Translations under genes and position numbers: made by a program | Notes under the pieces: generated by a model | Database searches by the model: none | Told to the model about the DNA's origin: nothing | What the model saw: the letters and a program-made list of their open reading frames with translations, nothing else | Shown: positions 51,200-59,559 of the stretch, one piece after another | How positions within the stretch are numbered: position 1 is the first letter of the stretch | Layout of the letters: each line of letters opens with the position of its first letter | Assembly (NCBI GenBank): GCA_050251875.1 | Contig: JBFWMA010000001.1 | Span: 250,456-314,455, forward strand | Direction of reading: 5' to 3' | Source: Deferribacterales bacterium | Lineage (GTDB): Bacteria; Chrysiogenota; Deferribacteres; Deferribacterales; Geovibrionaceae | DNA: 64,000 nt

Positions 51200-53085
51200 T
51201 GTTTAAATAGTCCCGAGATGATCTCTTTGTATCGTTTCTCTATGTAGTGTCTTCTTTTTTTCAGGGTATTGGTGAGCTCTTCGCCCTGTTTGAAATCTTT
51301 ATCCAGAAAAGAGATATTATGCAGTTTTTCGTGGGATTTGAAACCTTTTTTATTGGTCAGCAGTTTATTTATCTCACGTTTGACATGTTCCACGACGGGG
51401 CGTGAGTTGATGTCGTCGTCCTGTTTCATTCCGGATATCTTTGTGGTGATGTAGTCTTTGAACTTTTCCATGTCGGGAACTATCAGCGCTCCCAGACTCT
51501 TCTGATCCTGTCCCACCAGCACGGCATCCTTAACGAAAGGAAGCACGGTGATGGCTGATTCTATCTTTGACGGGTCGATATTCTCTCCGTTTGCCAGCAC
51601 GATGATGTCTTTGATGCGTCCTGTTATCTGGAGCTCGCCGGAGAAAGTCAGCCTGCCCAGATCGCCCGTGCGGAAGTAGCCGTCTTTGGTGAATGACCTC
51701 TCGTTCTCCTCCGGATTGTTGTAATATCCGGAGAAAACCTGCGGACCTTTCACCAGTATCTCTCCTTCTGTGCCGTTGGGAACTCTGCCGCCGTTTTCAT
51801 CGACTATCTTCAGGTCTGTTCCGGCGACCGGTTTTCCGAGTGTTCCGAAGACAGGACAGTCCAGTCCTCTGCCGGCTATGGCGGGGGCGCATTCTGTCAT
51901 GCCGTAGGCGTTGACGATCCTGAGACCGATGGCGTCGAGCCAGTCTTCCAGATAGGCGGGCAGACTGCCTCCGCCTGATACTGCAAGCCTCATTTTTCCG
52001 CCGAACTTAGCCTGTACCGCCCTGAACTTGTTCATCGCTATTATCTTGAGCGGTATCAGAAGGATGACTTTTATCAGTGCTCTGACCGTGTCTGTGATCC
52101 TTTTGGAAAGCTCCGGCTCTTCGAACTCCGGAGAGACTCCCAGCAGATATCTTGAATTTCTGTTGAAAGAGGCGGAAGCCCTGACAAGAAATTTGAACAT
52201 CAGAAGTTTTGCTTTGGACTGTTTTTCCAGAGCGGATTCTATCTTGGTATACAGCGATTCCCAGACTCTGGGGACAGTGGTTACTATGGTGGGTTTATAC
52301 TGTTCCAGATCCTGAGCGAAAGTTTTTATGCTGGAATAGGTTGTGCAGCATCCGTTCGTCACGGCGGTGAGCTCCACCGCTCTCTCGAAGATGTGCCAGG
52401 TGGGGAGTATGGACACAAAGCTGTCCTCGTCCGTGAGATTCACGATATCCGGCAGGATATCAAGATTATGCAGAACATTCGCGTGGGACAGTATGACTCC
52501 CTTCGGATATCCTGTGGTGCCTGATGTATATATTATGGTGTATGTATCATCCGATGTGCCGACCGTTGTGTTGATAAACTCTGTCAGCTCACCTTCGGTG
52601 ATGCTTCTGTCCTGAAGTATCTCGTTATAGGTGTGCACCCTGCCTTTCGGCGAGTGTTTATCTTCTCCCTCTATCAGGAAAATATTTTTGAAAAAAGCCT
52701 CTTCGATGTGTGATTTGGAGTTTTCGAAGATCTCTTCTGTTTCGAAGATGGCGAAGTCTGCCTCAGAATGTCCTGTGATATAGCGCATTTCCGGCGGCGG
52801 GGTGTCGCTTCCTCTGGGGATGCTGACAGCTCCTAAGGATGCCAGAGCCATATCGGTGACAATCCACGCATAGCGGTTGTCAGATATGAAGAGCGCCTTT
52901 GCCCCTTTGTACAGACCGTATGAGCGTAAGGCTCTGGAGAGGAGATATACATCCTCCAGCAGTTTTTTGTATGTCACCCTGTACTCTGAACTGCCTGACC
53001 TGTAAATAAAGGCTGTGTTGTTTCTGTATTTCAGACATGCTTTCACAAACATGCTGAAGACTGTTCTGTTTTTAATACTATCCAT
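51196..53085 (-). CDS. long-chain-fatty-acid--CoA ligase (AMP-binding)
   Basis: YTSGTTGYPKG, SGGG, YGMTE, FRTGDLG, GRIKD, GENI. Confidence 0.92.
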   Translation of the reverse strand: MDSIKNRTVFSMFVKACLKYRNNTAFIYRSGSSEYRVTYKKLLEDVYLLSRALRSYGLYKGAKALFISDNRYAWIVTDMALASLGAVSIPRGSDTPPPEMRYITGHSEADFAIFETEEIFENSKSHIEEAFFKNIFLIEGEDKHSPKGRVHTYNEILQDRSITEGELTEFINTTVGTSDDTYTIIYTSGTTGYPKGVILSHANVLHNLDILPDIVNLTDEDSFVSILPTWHIFERAVELTAVTNGCCTTYSSIKTFAQDLEQYKPTIVTTVPRVWESLYTKIESALEKQSKAKLLMFKFLVRASASFNRNSRYLLGVSPEFEEPELSKRITDTVRALIKVILLIPLKIIAMNKFRAVQAKFGGKMRLAVSGGGSLPAYLEDWLDAIGLRIVNAYGMTECAPAIAGRGLDCPVFGTLGKPVAGTDLKIVDENGGRVPNGTEGEILVKGPQVFSGYYNNPEENERSFTKDGYFRTGDLGRLTFSGELQITGRIKDIIVLANGENIDPSKIESAITVLPFVKDAVLVGQDQKSLGALIVPDMEKFKDYITTKISGMKQDDDINSRPVVEHVKREINKLLTNKKGFKSHEKLHNISFLDKDFKQGEELTNTLKKRRHYIEKRYKEIISGLFKQ

Positions 53086-53293
53086 TTAAATATTTCCGAT
53101 AAAAATATATTTTAGTTTAATCGCACCGCATATGCAATAAATAATTAGGATATTTACTGATACGTAAAATCGTGGTTCAGCACATAAAAAAGTATGATTT
53201 TTTTCTCTGAAATATTCTGGTTAAATATTAAACAAAACGGCTAAGTTTCTTAAACTCTGCGTTTTTTTTCCAGCATATCAAAAATCTTACACA

Positions 53294-53457
53294 TTTTCTC
53301 CACAAATTTGTGGAGAAAAAAGTGCTTGACAGCTCTAAACCTTGCATGTCAAGGCTTTGTGGTAAGTCACTCATATTACAGCGATAATGTTTAAAGGTGA
53401 TGAACGGGGCGTAAGTTTATACAAAAACCTGATATTTTTTTCCACAGGGTTTCCACA
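53294..53457. promoter_or_regulatory. cluster of DnaA-box-like 9-mers
   Basis: TTCTCCACA 53296(+) and 53309-53317(-), TTATACAAA 53417, TTTTCCACA 53438 (exact TTWTNCACA), GTTTCCACA 53449. Confidence 0.6.
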
Positions 53458-53486
53458 AAAAAAAGGCGGACATTATGTCCGCCTTT
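53457..53486 (-). terminator. terminator after the distal flagellin
   Basis: AAAGGCGGACA/TGTCCGCCTTT stem with T8 on the minus strand. Confidence 0.85.
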
Positions 53487-53508
53487 GATATTGGATGTTT
53501 TATTCTTC

Positions 53509-55890
53509 TTACTGAAGAAGTGACAGAGCCAGCTGAGCCTGTGAGTTGGCCTGAGAAATCATGGCCACGCCTGCCTGGCTGAGGATCTGGTTGGTTGTGT
53601 AGTCCGCCATCTCCGCTGCCATGTCGAGGTCGGCTATACGGGAGTTTGACGCTGTCAGGTTCTGGCTCTGGGTTTCCAGACCTGTTATGGTGTACTCAAG
53701 TCTGTTGATCTGAGCGCCTATTGTGGCTCTTGCGCTGGAGATCTGGCTGAGAGCGTTGTCTATTACAGATATTGAGCTCTGAGCGCTTTCCTGATCCACC
53801 ATCAGAACATCTGTCAGTCCGAGAGCGTCTGTGTCTGCCTGAGCGATGCTTACGTTCAGTGTCTGACCTTCGTTAGCTCCGATCTGAAGTTCTGTAGAGT
53901 TGTCCACCAGGTGAAGTTTGATGTCTTCTGCTGTGCCTTCTGAGAATACCATCTCTTTTTTGTTGTCGTCCCAGCTGATGTTCAGACCGACAGCACTGTC
54001 GATCTCAACGTTAACGCCCGCGATCACGTTTTTCAGTGTGTAGTCGTTAACTTTGTCTGATCCAACAGTCTCGCCTGTGTGAGCGTCTGTAACTGTTACA
54101 GTCAGTTCGCTGTTTTCGCCTTTCTGGATTGTGGCCAGTGAAAGAGCGTTGATGAGGTCTTCATCTCCTACGAATGACAGCATGCTGTCTGTTCCGAGTT
54201 TAGCAGTCTGGATAACGAATGTTCCCTGAAGAGCCTCGTTGCTGGTATCTGTTGCCTGAGAAACATAGTTTACCAGGTTGTTGTTAACATCGTTGGCGGA
54301 GTCGCTGGTGCTTGATGTAGCGCCCATTCCGAGACCGTTAACGATAGCGTTCTGAAGCTTTGTCTCGAAGTCGGATATAGTATCGTCGCCTTCAAGATAT
54401 ATTGTAGCGGATGTTCCGTTACCATAGATGGTGAGCTCCTGTGTCTGAGCGAACAGGTTAGCGCCGTCGTCTGTGGTGAACAGAGCAATATCCTTAAGTT
54501 TTGTTGTCGATGTAGCTGCTTCGCCTGATCCGTGAACTATAAGGCTGAACACGCCTGTCAGAGTCTGACCGGCTGTTGTTGTTGTGTCCGCGCTGTCCAG
54601 TTCTTTGAAGTTCATGGTCATGCTTCCGAGGTTCAGGTTGCCAGTGGCTTCGTCGAGTGAAGCGTAGTAAACTGTCACGCCGTTGGAATCTGATACTGAG
54701 TCGCCGTCGTCAGCTTTTGTAAGTGAGCTGTCAGCTGTGAATACTATGGTAGGTCCTGCCTGCTCTGTGGGTCCGCCTGCGATCTTGATTGTACCGCCAC
54801 CGGAGTTGGCTACGTCTGCTGTGACGCCTGACATATCTTCAGTAACAGCGATCAGAAGTTTGTCGCCTATCTGAACTTTACCGGCACTGTTGATGTTCAC
54901 GTTGAAATCAACCTGACCTGAGCCGTCCAGACCTGTGATGCTGAATGCTGCCACGCCGCCTGTTACAGATGTGGAATCCACGCTATCCCACTCAGTTGTT
55001 GCGCCGGAAGAAGCGGTGATAAATCTGTAGGAGGCGGATACTGTTGTTGAGCCTGAAGTAGCTTCAGTGGTGAATTTTACTTCAAGATAGCCTGAGTTGT
55101 TTGTTGAGGCTGTAAGTGCCGCACCGTCAACAGAGAACATAGAACCTGTCTGCAGGTAAGAAGCGGTTACGGATGCTGAGCCTGTGTTTGCTGTGTCAAC
55201 GTCAGCTATGGTTACTGTGTAGTAGCCTGTGCCGGATGTTGTTGTGATTGTTGAGAGGTCTGAAACGAAGGAAACGTTAGATGTGTTACCGATAGCTGAG
55301 TAAATCTCAGCGCCGAGAGCGCCGTCTGCAAGGGTCATAACGTCTGTTTTGTAAACATAGTTAGAACCGGCGTCAACGGAAACTGAAAGGTTGTAGTTGC
55401 CTTCGGCCACTTTGCCAGTGACAACAACATCCACGTCTGAGCTGTCTGATGACCAGAGAGCTGTGGCGTCGCCGTTAAGAAGATTCTTTGTGTTGAATTC
55501 TGTTGATGAGGCAACACGGTCGATCTCTTCTTTCAGCTGATCTACTTCTTTTTGGATCTCTTCGCGGTCTGATGATGTGTAGACCCCGTTGGATGCCTGC
55601 ACAGCGAGTTCTCTCATTCTCTGTACCATGTCCTGAATAGTTGAGAGACCGCCTTCAGCAGTCTGGAGCATTGAAATACCGTCCTGGGCGTTCATGGAAG
55701 CTCTGTCGAGACCTGAAATCTGGGCTTTTAATTTCTCAGAAATAGCAAGGCCGGATGCGTCGTCTGCGGCACTGTTTATTCTGAGACCAGATGACAGTCT
55801 TTCGATGTTTTTTGTGATGTTGTTGCTTGTCGAGTTAACGTAGCTCTGCGCAATGATAGAGCTGATGTTTGTTGATACTGTGATTGCCAT
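53509..55890 (-). CDS. fliC: flagellin, copy 1 (793 aa)
   Basis: ERLSSGLRINSAADDASGLAISE, QRMRELAVQ, LQIGAN, SRIADLDMA, ILSQAG. Confidence 0.97.
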   Translation of the reverse strand: MAITVSTNISSIIAQSYVNSTSNNITKNIERLSSGLRINSAADDASGLAISEKLKAQISGLDRASMNAQDGISMLQTAEGGLSTIQDMVQRMRELAVQASNGVYTSSDREEIQKEVDQLKEEIDRVASSTEFNTKNLLNGDATALWSSDSSDVDVVVTGKVAEGNYNLSVSVDAGSNYVYKTDVMTLADGALGAEIYSAIGNTSNVSFVSDLSTITTTSGTGYYTVTIADVDTANTGSASVTASYLQTGSMFSVDGAALTASTNNSGYLEVKFTTEATSGSTTVSASYRFITASSGATTEWDSVDSTSVTGGVAAFSITGLDGSGQVDFNVNINSAGKVQIGDKLLIAVTEDMSGVTADVANSGGGTIKIAGGPTEQAGPTIVFTADSSLTKADDGDSVSDSNGVTVYYASLDEATGNLNLGSMTMNFKELDSADTTTTAGQTLTGVFSLIVHGSGEAATSTTKLKDIALFTTDDGANLFAQTQELTIYGNGTSATIYLEGDDTISDFETKLQNAIVNGLGMGATSSTSDSANDVNNNLVNYVSQATDTSNEALQGTFVIQTAKLGTDSMLSFVGDEDLINALSLATIQKGENSELTVTVTDAHTGETVGSDKVNDYTLKNVIAGVNVEIDSAVGLNISWDDNKKEMVFSEGTAEDIKLHLVDNSTELQIGANEGQTLNVSIAQADTDALGLTDVLMVDQESAQSSISVIDNALSQISSARATIGAQINRLEYTITGLETQSQNLTASNSRIADLDMAAEMADYTTNQILSQAGVAMISQANSQAQLALSLLQ

Positions 55891-56032
55891 GATATTACCT
55901 CCGTGTAATATTCACCGGATTCCCTTCCGGCATTTGATACATTTGGCTTACATACTGTTATTTTTTTCAGAACAATCCTTGTTCTAAGTCCTTATCATCC
56001 GTGATTTTGAGTAAGCAATATCCTTCCTGACA
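55891..56032 (-). promoter_or_regulatory. array of GGA-loop hairpins (candidate CsrA sites) in the flagellin-1 leader
   Basis: ATATTAC-ACGGAG-GTAATAT (covers the RBS), CCGGA-AGGGAA-TCCGG, AGAACA-AGGAT-TGTTCT, TAAGGACTTA, ATC-ACGGAT-GAT, CAGGAAGGAT. Confidence 0.7.
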
Positions 56033-56053
56033 GACACCTCCGAAGCTGCTGAT

Positions 56054-56113
56054 AAACAAAAAAAGACCGATGCTCCTTTCAGGAAGTCATCGGTCTGATT
56101 GTTTCAGTACCTT
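56054..56113 (-). promoter_or_regulatory. leader attenuator, copy 1 (antiterminator-like hairpin + intrinsic terminator)
   Basis: GGTACTGAAACAATCAGACCGATG...CATCGGTCTTTTTTTGTTT; also present upstream of flagellin 2. Confidence 0.75.
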
Positions 56114-56142
56114 TTTTTATACATATTCTTTTGTCCCTTTTA

Positions 56143-56170
56143 GTATCGTCATGGTAAAGAAAATACTTTA
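56143..56170 (-). promoter_or_regulatory. sigma-28 (FliA) promoter of flagellin 1
   Basis: TAAA-N16-GACGATAC versus the consensus TAAA-N15-GCCGATAA. Confidence 0.7.
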
Positions 56171-56255
56171 AGGCAAAAGAGTGATTTTTTTTGGAAAAAT
56201 TTGATTTTGGACGCAAAGATATTGTATGACAATGATTTAGTCAGGCAAAAAAACT

Positions 56256-56289
56256 TTTAAAATATGGGGCGGAAGCAAGCCGCCGCCCC
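56256..56289 (-). terminator. probable terminator after flaG
   Basis: GGGGCGG/CCGCCCC stem followed by an AT-rich tract. Confidence 0.6.
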
Positions 56290-56300
56290 TTAAAAGTTTG

Positions 56301-56660
56301 TTAGGATGTGCTGTCGAAAAGAAGTCCGACCATTTCCTTTATGTTCTTCGAAAGTTTTATAGCATCCTCAGAGGGGATCTGCTTGATCACCTTCTGGTTA
56401 TCTTTATCAATGATTTTGACCACAACATCTTTTGTGGAGTCATCAACTTTAAATTCTCTCTGAACATTCAAAGAGTCGAGAGCGGCGTTGAGTTCGCTGA
56501 CAGCTGTGTCAACTTCTTCAGCGGAGCTTTTGGTCTCTTCGGGCTTCTCTTCAGCCATATTGCCTGTTGTTTTAACAGATTGAGTCTTCTGTGCTTCTGT
56601 AGCATAAGAAGCACTTGTAACCGCAGTGTCTGTTGTTGATGTGCTGTTTATGCTGTACAT
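56301..56660 (-). CDS. flaG: flagellar protein FlaG
   Basis: REFKVDD...VVVKIID....VIKQIPSE...GLLFD. Confidence 0.93.
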   Translation of the reverse strand: MYSINSTSTTDTAVTSASYATEAQKTQSVKTTGNMAEEKPEETKSSAEEVDTAVSELNAALDSLNVQREFKVDDSTKDVVVKIIDKDNQKVIKQIPSEDAIKLSKNIKEMVGLLFDSTS

Positions 56661-56681
56661 ATTACACCATCCTTAAATAGT

Positions 56682-56702
56682 GGGGGATCTAAACGATCCC
56701 CC
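56682..56702 (-). other. hairpin between flagellin 2 and flaG (mRNA-stabilising or partial terminator)
   Basis: GGGGGATC/GATCCCCC stem without a clear U tract. Confidence 0.55.
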
Positions 56703-56722
56703 GTTTCCTTTCGGCAATATTA

Positions 56723-59101
56723 TTAACCAAGGAGAGACAGAGCCAGCTGAGCCTGTGAGTTGGCCTGAGAAATCATGGCCACGCCTGCCTGGCTGAGGAT
56801 CTGGTTGGTTGTGTAGTTTGACATCTCTTTAGCCATGTCAAGGTCACGTATCCTTGAAAGTGAGGCTGTCAGGTTTTCGCTCTGAGTCTCGAGACCTGTG
56901 ATAGTATAGTCAAGTCTGTTGATCTGAGCGCCTATTGTGGCTCTTGCGCTGGATATCTGGCTGAGAGCGTTGTCTATTACAGATATTGAGCTCTGAGCGC
57001 TGTCCTGATCTACCATCAGAACGTTTGTCAGTCCGAGAGCGTCTGTGTCTGCCTGAGCGATGCTTACGTTCAGTGTCTGACCTTCGTTAGCTCCGATCTG
57101 AAGTTCTGTAGAGTTGTCCACCAGGTGAAGTTTGATGTCTTCTGCTGTGCCTTCTGAGAATACCATCTCTTTTTTGTTGTCGTCCCAGCTAATGTCCAGA
57201 CCCACTGAGCTGTCGATCTCAACTTCAACGCCTGCGATCACGTTTTTCAGTGTGTAGTCGTTAACTTTGTCTGATCCAACAGTCTCGCCTGTGTGAGCGT
57301 TTGTAACTGTTACAGTCAGTTCGCTGTTTTCGCCTTTCTGGATTGTGGCCAGTGAAAGAGCGTTGATGAGGTCTTCATCTCCTACGAATGACAGCTGGCT
57401 GTCTGAGCCGAGTTTAGCAGTCTGGATAACGAATGTTCCCTGAAGAGCTTCGTTAGTGTTGTCTGTGGACTGAGAAACATAGTTAACAAGGTTGTTGTTA
57501 ACATCAGAAGCTGTGTCGCTTGTTTCTGAGTTAGCTCCCATTCCGAGACCGTTAACGATAGCATCCTGAAGTTTTGTCTCGAAGTCGGATATAGTATCGT
57601 CGCCTTCAAGATATATTGTAGCGGATGTTCCGTTACCATAGATAGTGAGCTCCTGTGTCTGAGCGAACAGGTTAGCGCCGTCATCTGTTGTGAAGAGAGC
57701 TATGTCTTTCAGTTTGGTAGATGATGTAGCGGCATCGCCTGATCCGTTAACTATAAGGCTGAACACGCCTGTCAGAGTCTGACCGGCTGTAGTTGTTGTG
57801 TCCGCGCTGTCCAGTTCTTTGAAGTTCATGGTCATGCTTCCGAGGTTCAGGTTACCAGTGGCTTCGTCGAGTGAAGCGTAGTAAACTGTCACGCCGTTTG
57901 TATCAACAGCGGAGTCGCCGTCGTCAGCTTTTGTAAGTGAGCTGTCAGCTGTGAATACTATGGTAGGTCCTGCCTGCTCTGTGGGTCCGCCTGCGATCTT
58001 GATTGTACCGCCACCGGAGTTAGCTACGTCTGCTGTGACGCCTGACATATCTTCAGTAACAGCGATCAGAAGTTTATCGCCTATCTGAACTTTACCGGCG
58101 CTGTTGATGTTCACATTGAAATCAACCTGACCTGAGCCGTCCAGACCTGTGATGCTGAATGCTGCCACGCCTGATGTTACTGTACCGTCTACGCTTTCCC
58201 ACTCGGTTGTTGCGCCGGAGGAAGCTGTGATAAATCTGTAGGAAGCGGATACTGTTGTTGATGCGGATGTACCTTCTGTAGTGAATTTCACTTCAAGGTA
58301 ACCTGAGTTGTCTGTTGAGGCTGTAAGTGTCGCACCGTCAACAGAGAACATAGAACCTGTCTGCAGGTAAGAAGCGGTTACGGATGCTGAGCCTGTGTTG
58401 GCTGTGTCAACGTCCGCTACGGTTACTGTGTAGTAGCCTGTGCCTGTTGTTGTAGCGATTGTAGACAGGTCAGATACTGATGTAACGTTAGAAGTGTTAC
58501 CGATAGCTGAGTAAATCTCAGCGCCGAGAGCGCCGTCTGACAGAGTCATAACGTCTGTTTTGTAAACATAGTTAGATCCTGCGTCAACGGAAACTGCAAG
58601 GTTGTAGTTGCCTTCGGCTACATCGCCTGTTACTACCACGTCGATGTCTGAGCTGTCTGATGACCAGAGAGCTGTAGCGTCACCGTTAAGAAGATTTTTG
58701 GTGTTGAATTCTGTTGAAGAAGCAACACGGTCGATCTCTTCTTTCAGCTGATCTACTTCTTTCTGGATTTCCTCACGGTCTGAAGATGTGTAGACACCGT
58801 TGGATGCCTGCACTGCGAGTTCTCTCATTCTCTGTACCATATCCTGGATAGTTGAGAGACCGCCTTCAGCAGTCTGGAGCATTGAAATACCGTCCTGGGC
58901 GTTCATTGAAGCTCTGTCGAGACCAGAGATCTGGGCTTTTAATTTCTCAGAAATAGCAAGACCGGACGCGTCATCTGCTGCGCTGTTGATTCTGAGACCT
59001 GAAGACAGTCTTTCAATGTTTTTCTGAATATTATTACTTGTAGTGTTTACATAATTCTGCGCGATGATTGAACTGATATTAGTTCCTACTGTAATAGCCA
59101 T
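56723..59101 (-). CDS. fliC: flagellin, copy 2 (792 aa)
   Basis: Same conserved termini as copy 1 and near-identical central region. Confidence 0.97.
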   Translation of the reverse strand: MAITVGTNISSIIAQNYVNTTSNNIQKNIERLSSGLRINSAADDASGLAISEKLKAQISGLDRASMNAQDGISMLQTAEGGLSTIQDMVQRMRELAVQASNGVYTSSDREEIQKEVDQLKEEIDRVASSTEFNTKNLLNGDATALWSSDSSDIDVVVTGDVAEGNYNLAVSVDAGSNYVYKTDVMTLSDGALGAEIYSAIGNTSNVTSVSDLSTIATTTGTGYYTVTVADVDTANTGSASVTASYLQTGSMFSVDGATLTASTDNSGYLEVKFTTEGTSASTTVSASYRFITASSGATTEWESVDGTVTSGVAAFSITGLDGSGQVDFNVNINSAGKVQIGDKLLIAVTEDMSGVTADVANSGGGTIKIAGGPTEQAGPTIVFTADSSLTKADDGDSAVDTNGVTVYYASLDEATGNLNLGSMTMNFKELDSADTTTTAGQTLTGVFSLIVNGSGDAATSSTKLKDIALFTTDDGANLFAQTQELTIYGNGTSATIYLEGDDTISDFETKLQDAIVNGLGMGANSETSDTASDVNNNLVNYVSQSTDNTNEALQGTFVIQTAKLGSDSQLSFVGDEDLINALSLATIQKGENSELTVTVTNAHTGETVGSDKVNDYTLKNVIAGVEVEIDSSVGLDISWDDNKKEMVFSEGTAEDIKLHLVDNSTELQIGANEGQTLNVSIAQADTDALGLTNVLMVDQDSAQSSISVIDNALSQISSARATIGAQINRLDYTITGLETQSENLTASLSRIRDLDMAKEMSNYTTNQILSQAGVAMISQANSQAQLALSLLG

Positions 59102-59104
59102 GAT

Positions 59105-59143
59105 ATACCTCCATGTGGTTGATGTTGTCAGCTTCCTTGCTGA
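59105..59143 (-). promoter_or_regulatory. candidate CsrA sites in the flagellin-2 leader
   Basis: TCAGC-AAGGAA-GCTGA hairpin plus ACATGGAGG overlapping the RBS. Confidence 0.65.
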
Positions 59144-59229
59144 TCATAATTAAATTGTTGCGCGTCGAAATTGTCCAAATTGATGTGAGAAACAAACAAA
59201 ACTGTGCCCTAAACGATAAACACCCCCTA

Positions 59230-59287
59230 AAACAAAAAAAGACCGACGCTCAGTTAAGAGCTGTCGGTCTGATTGTTTCAGTACCTT
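59230..59287 (-). promoter_or_regulatory. leader attenuator, copy 2
   Basis: GGTACTGAAACAATCAGACCGAC...GTCGGTCTTTTTTTGTTT. Confidence 0.75.
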
Positions 59288-59357
59288 ATTTTTTAAACCA
59301 TTCGCCGGGTCCCTTGTCCAAGGGGACACGACTATTATTATACTTTTCCTGTAAGCA

Positions 59358-59384
59358 TTATCGTCCGGTTTCTTAAATACTTTA
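59358..59384 (-). promoter_or_regulatory. sigma-28 (FliA) promoter of flagellin 2
   Basis: TAAA-N15-GACGATAA; shares TAAAGTATTT with the flagellin-1 promoter. Confidence 0.8.
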
Positions 59385-59469
59385 GAGAAATTATTGATTT
59401 TTTTTCGGGTGGCAGGGAGGAGAAAAAAGCCGCCGGACAATGATTCTGTCCGTTTTTGTGATATGTAGA

Positions 59470-59496
59470 GTATCGGCAGTATCTGTAAAAAGATTA
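59470..59496 (-). promoter_or_regulatory. second candidate sigma-28 promoter upstream of flagellin 2
   Basis: TAAT-N15-GCCGATAC. Confidence 0.45.
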
Positions 59497-59559
59497 CAAA
59501 AGATTAGATGTTGATAAAATGTCCTTCGGCGGATATTATTGTTGAAACGGAGAAAACCA

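Noticed and set aside
56171..56250. GGCAAA...GGACGCAAAG resembling a c-di-GMP-I riboswitch
   Set aside because: On the + strand, opposite to the flagellin genes; the required P1/P2 pairing and GNRA loop/receptor are not evident.
59113..59440. 87-aa and 96-aa ORFs over the flagellin-2 leader
   Set aside because: They overlap the promoter and attenuator, have no RBS or motif, and have no counterpart in leader 1.
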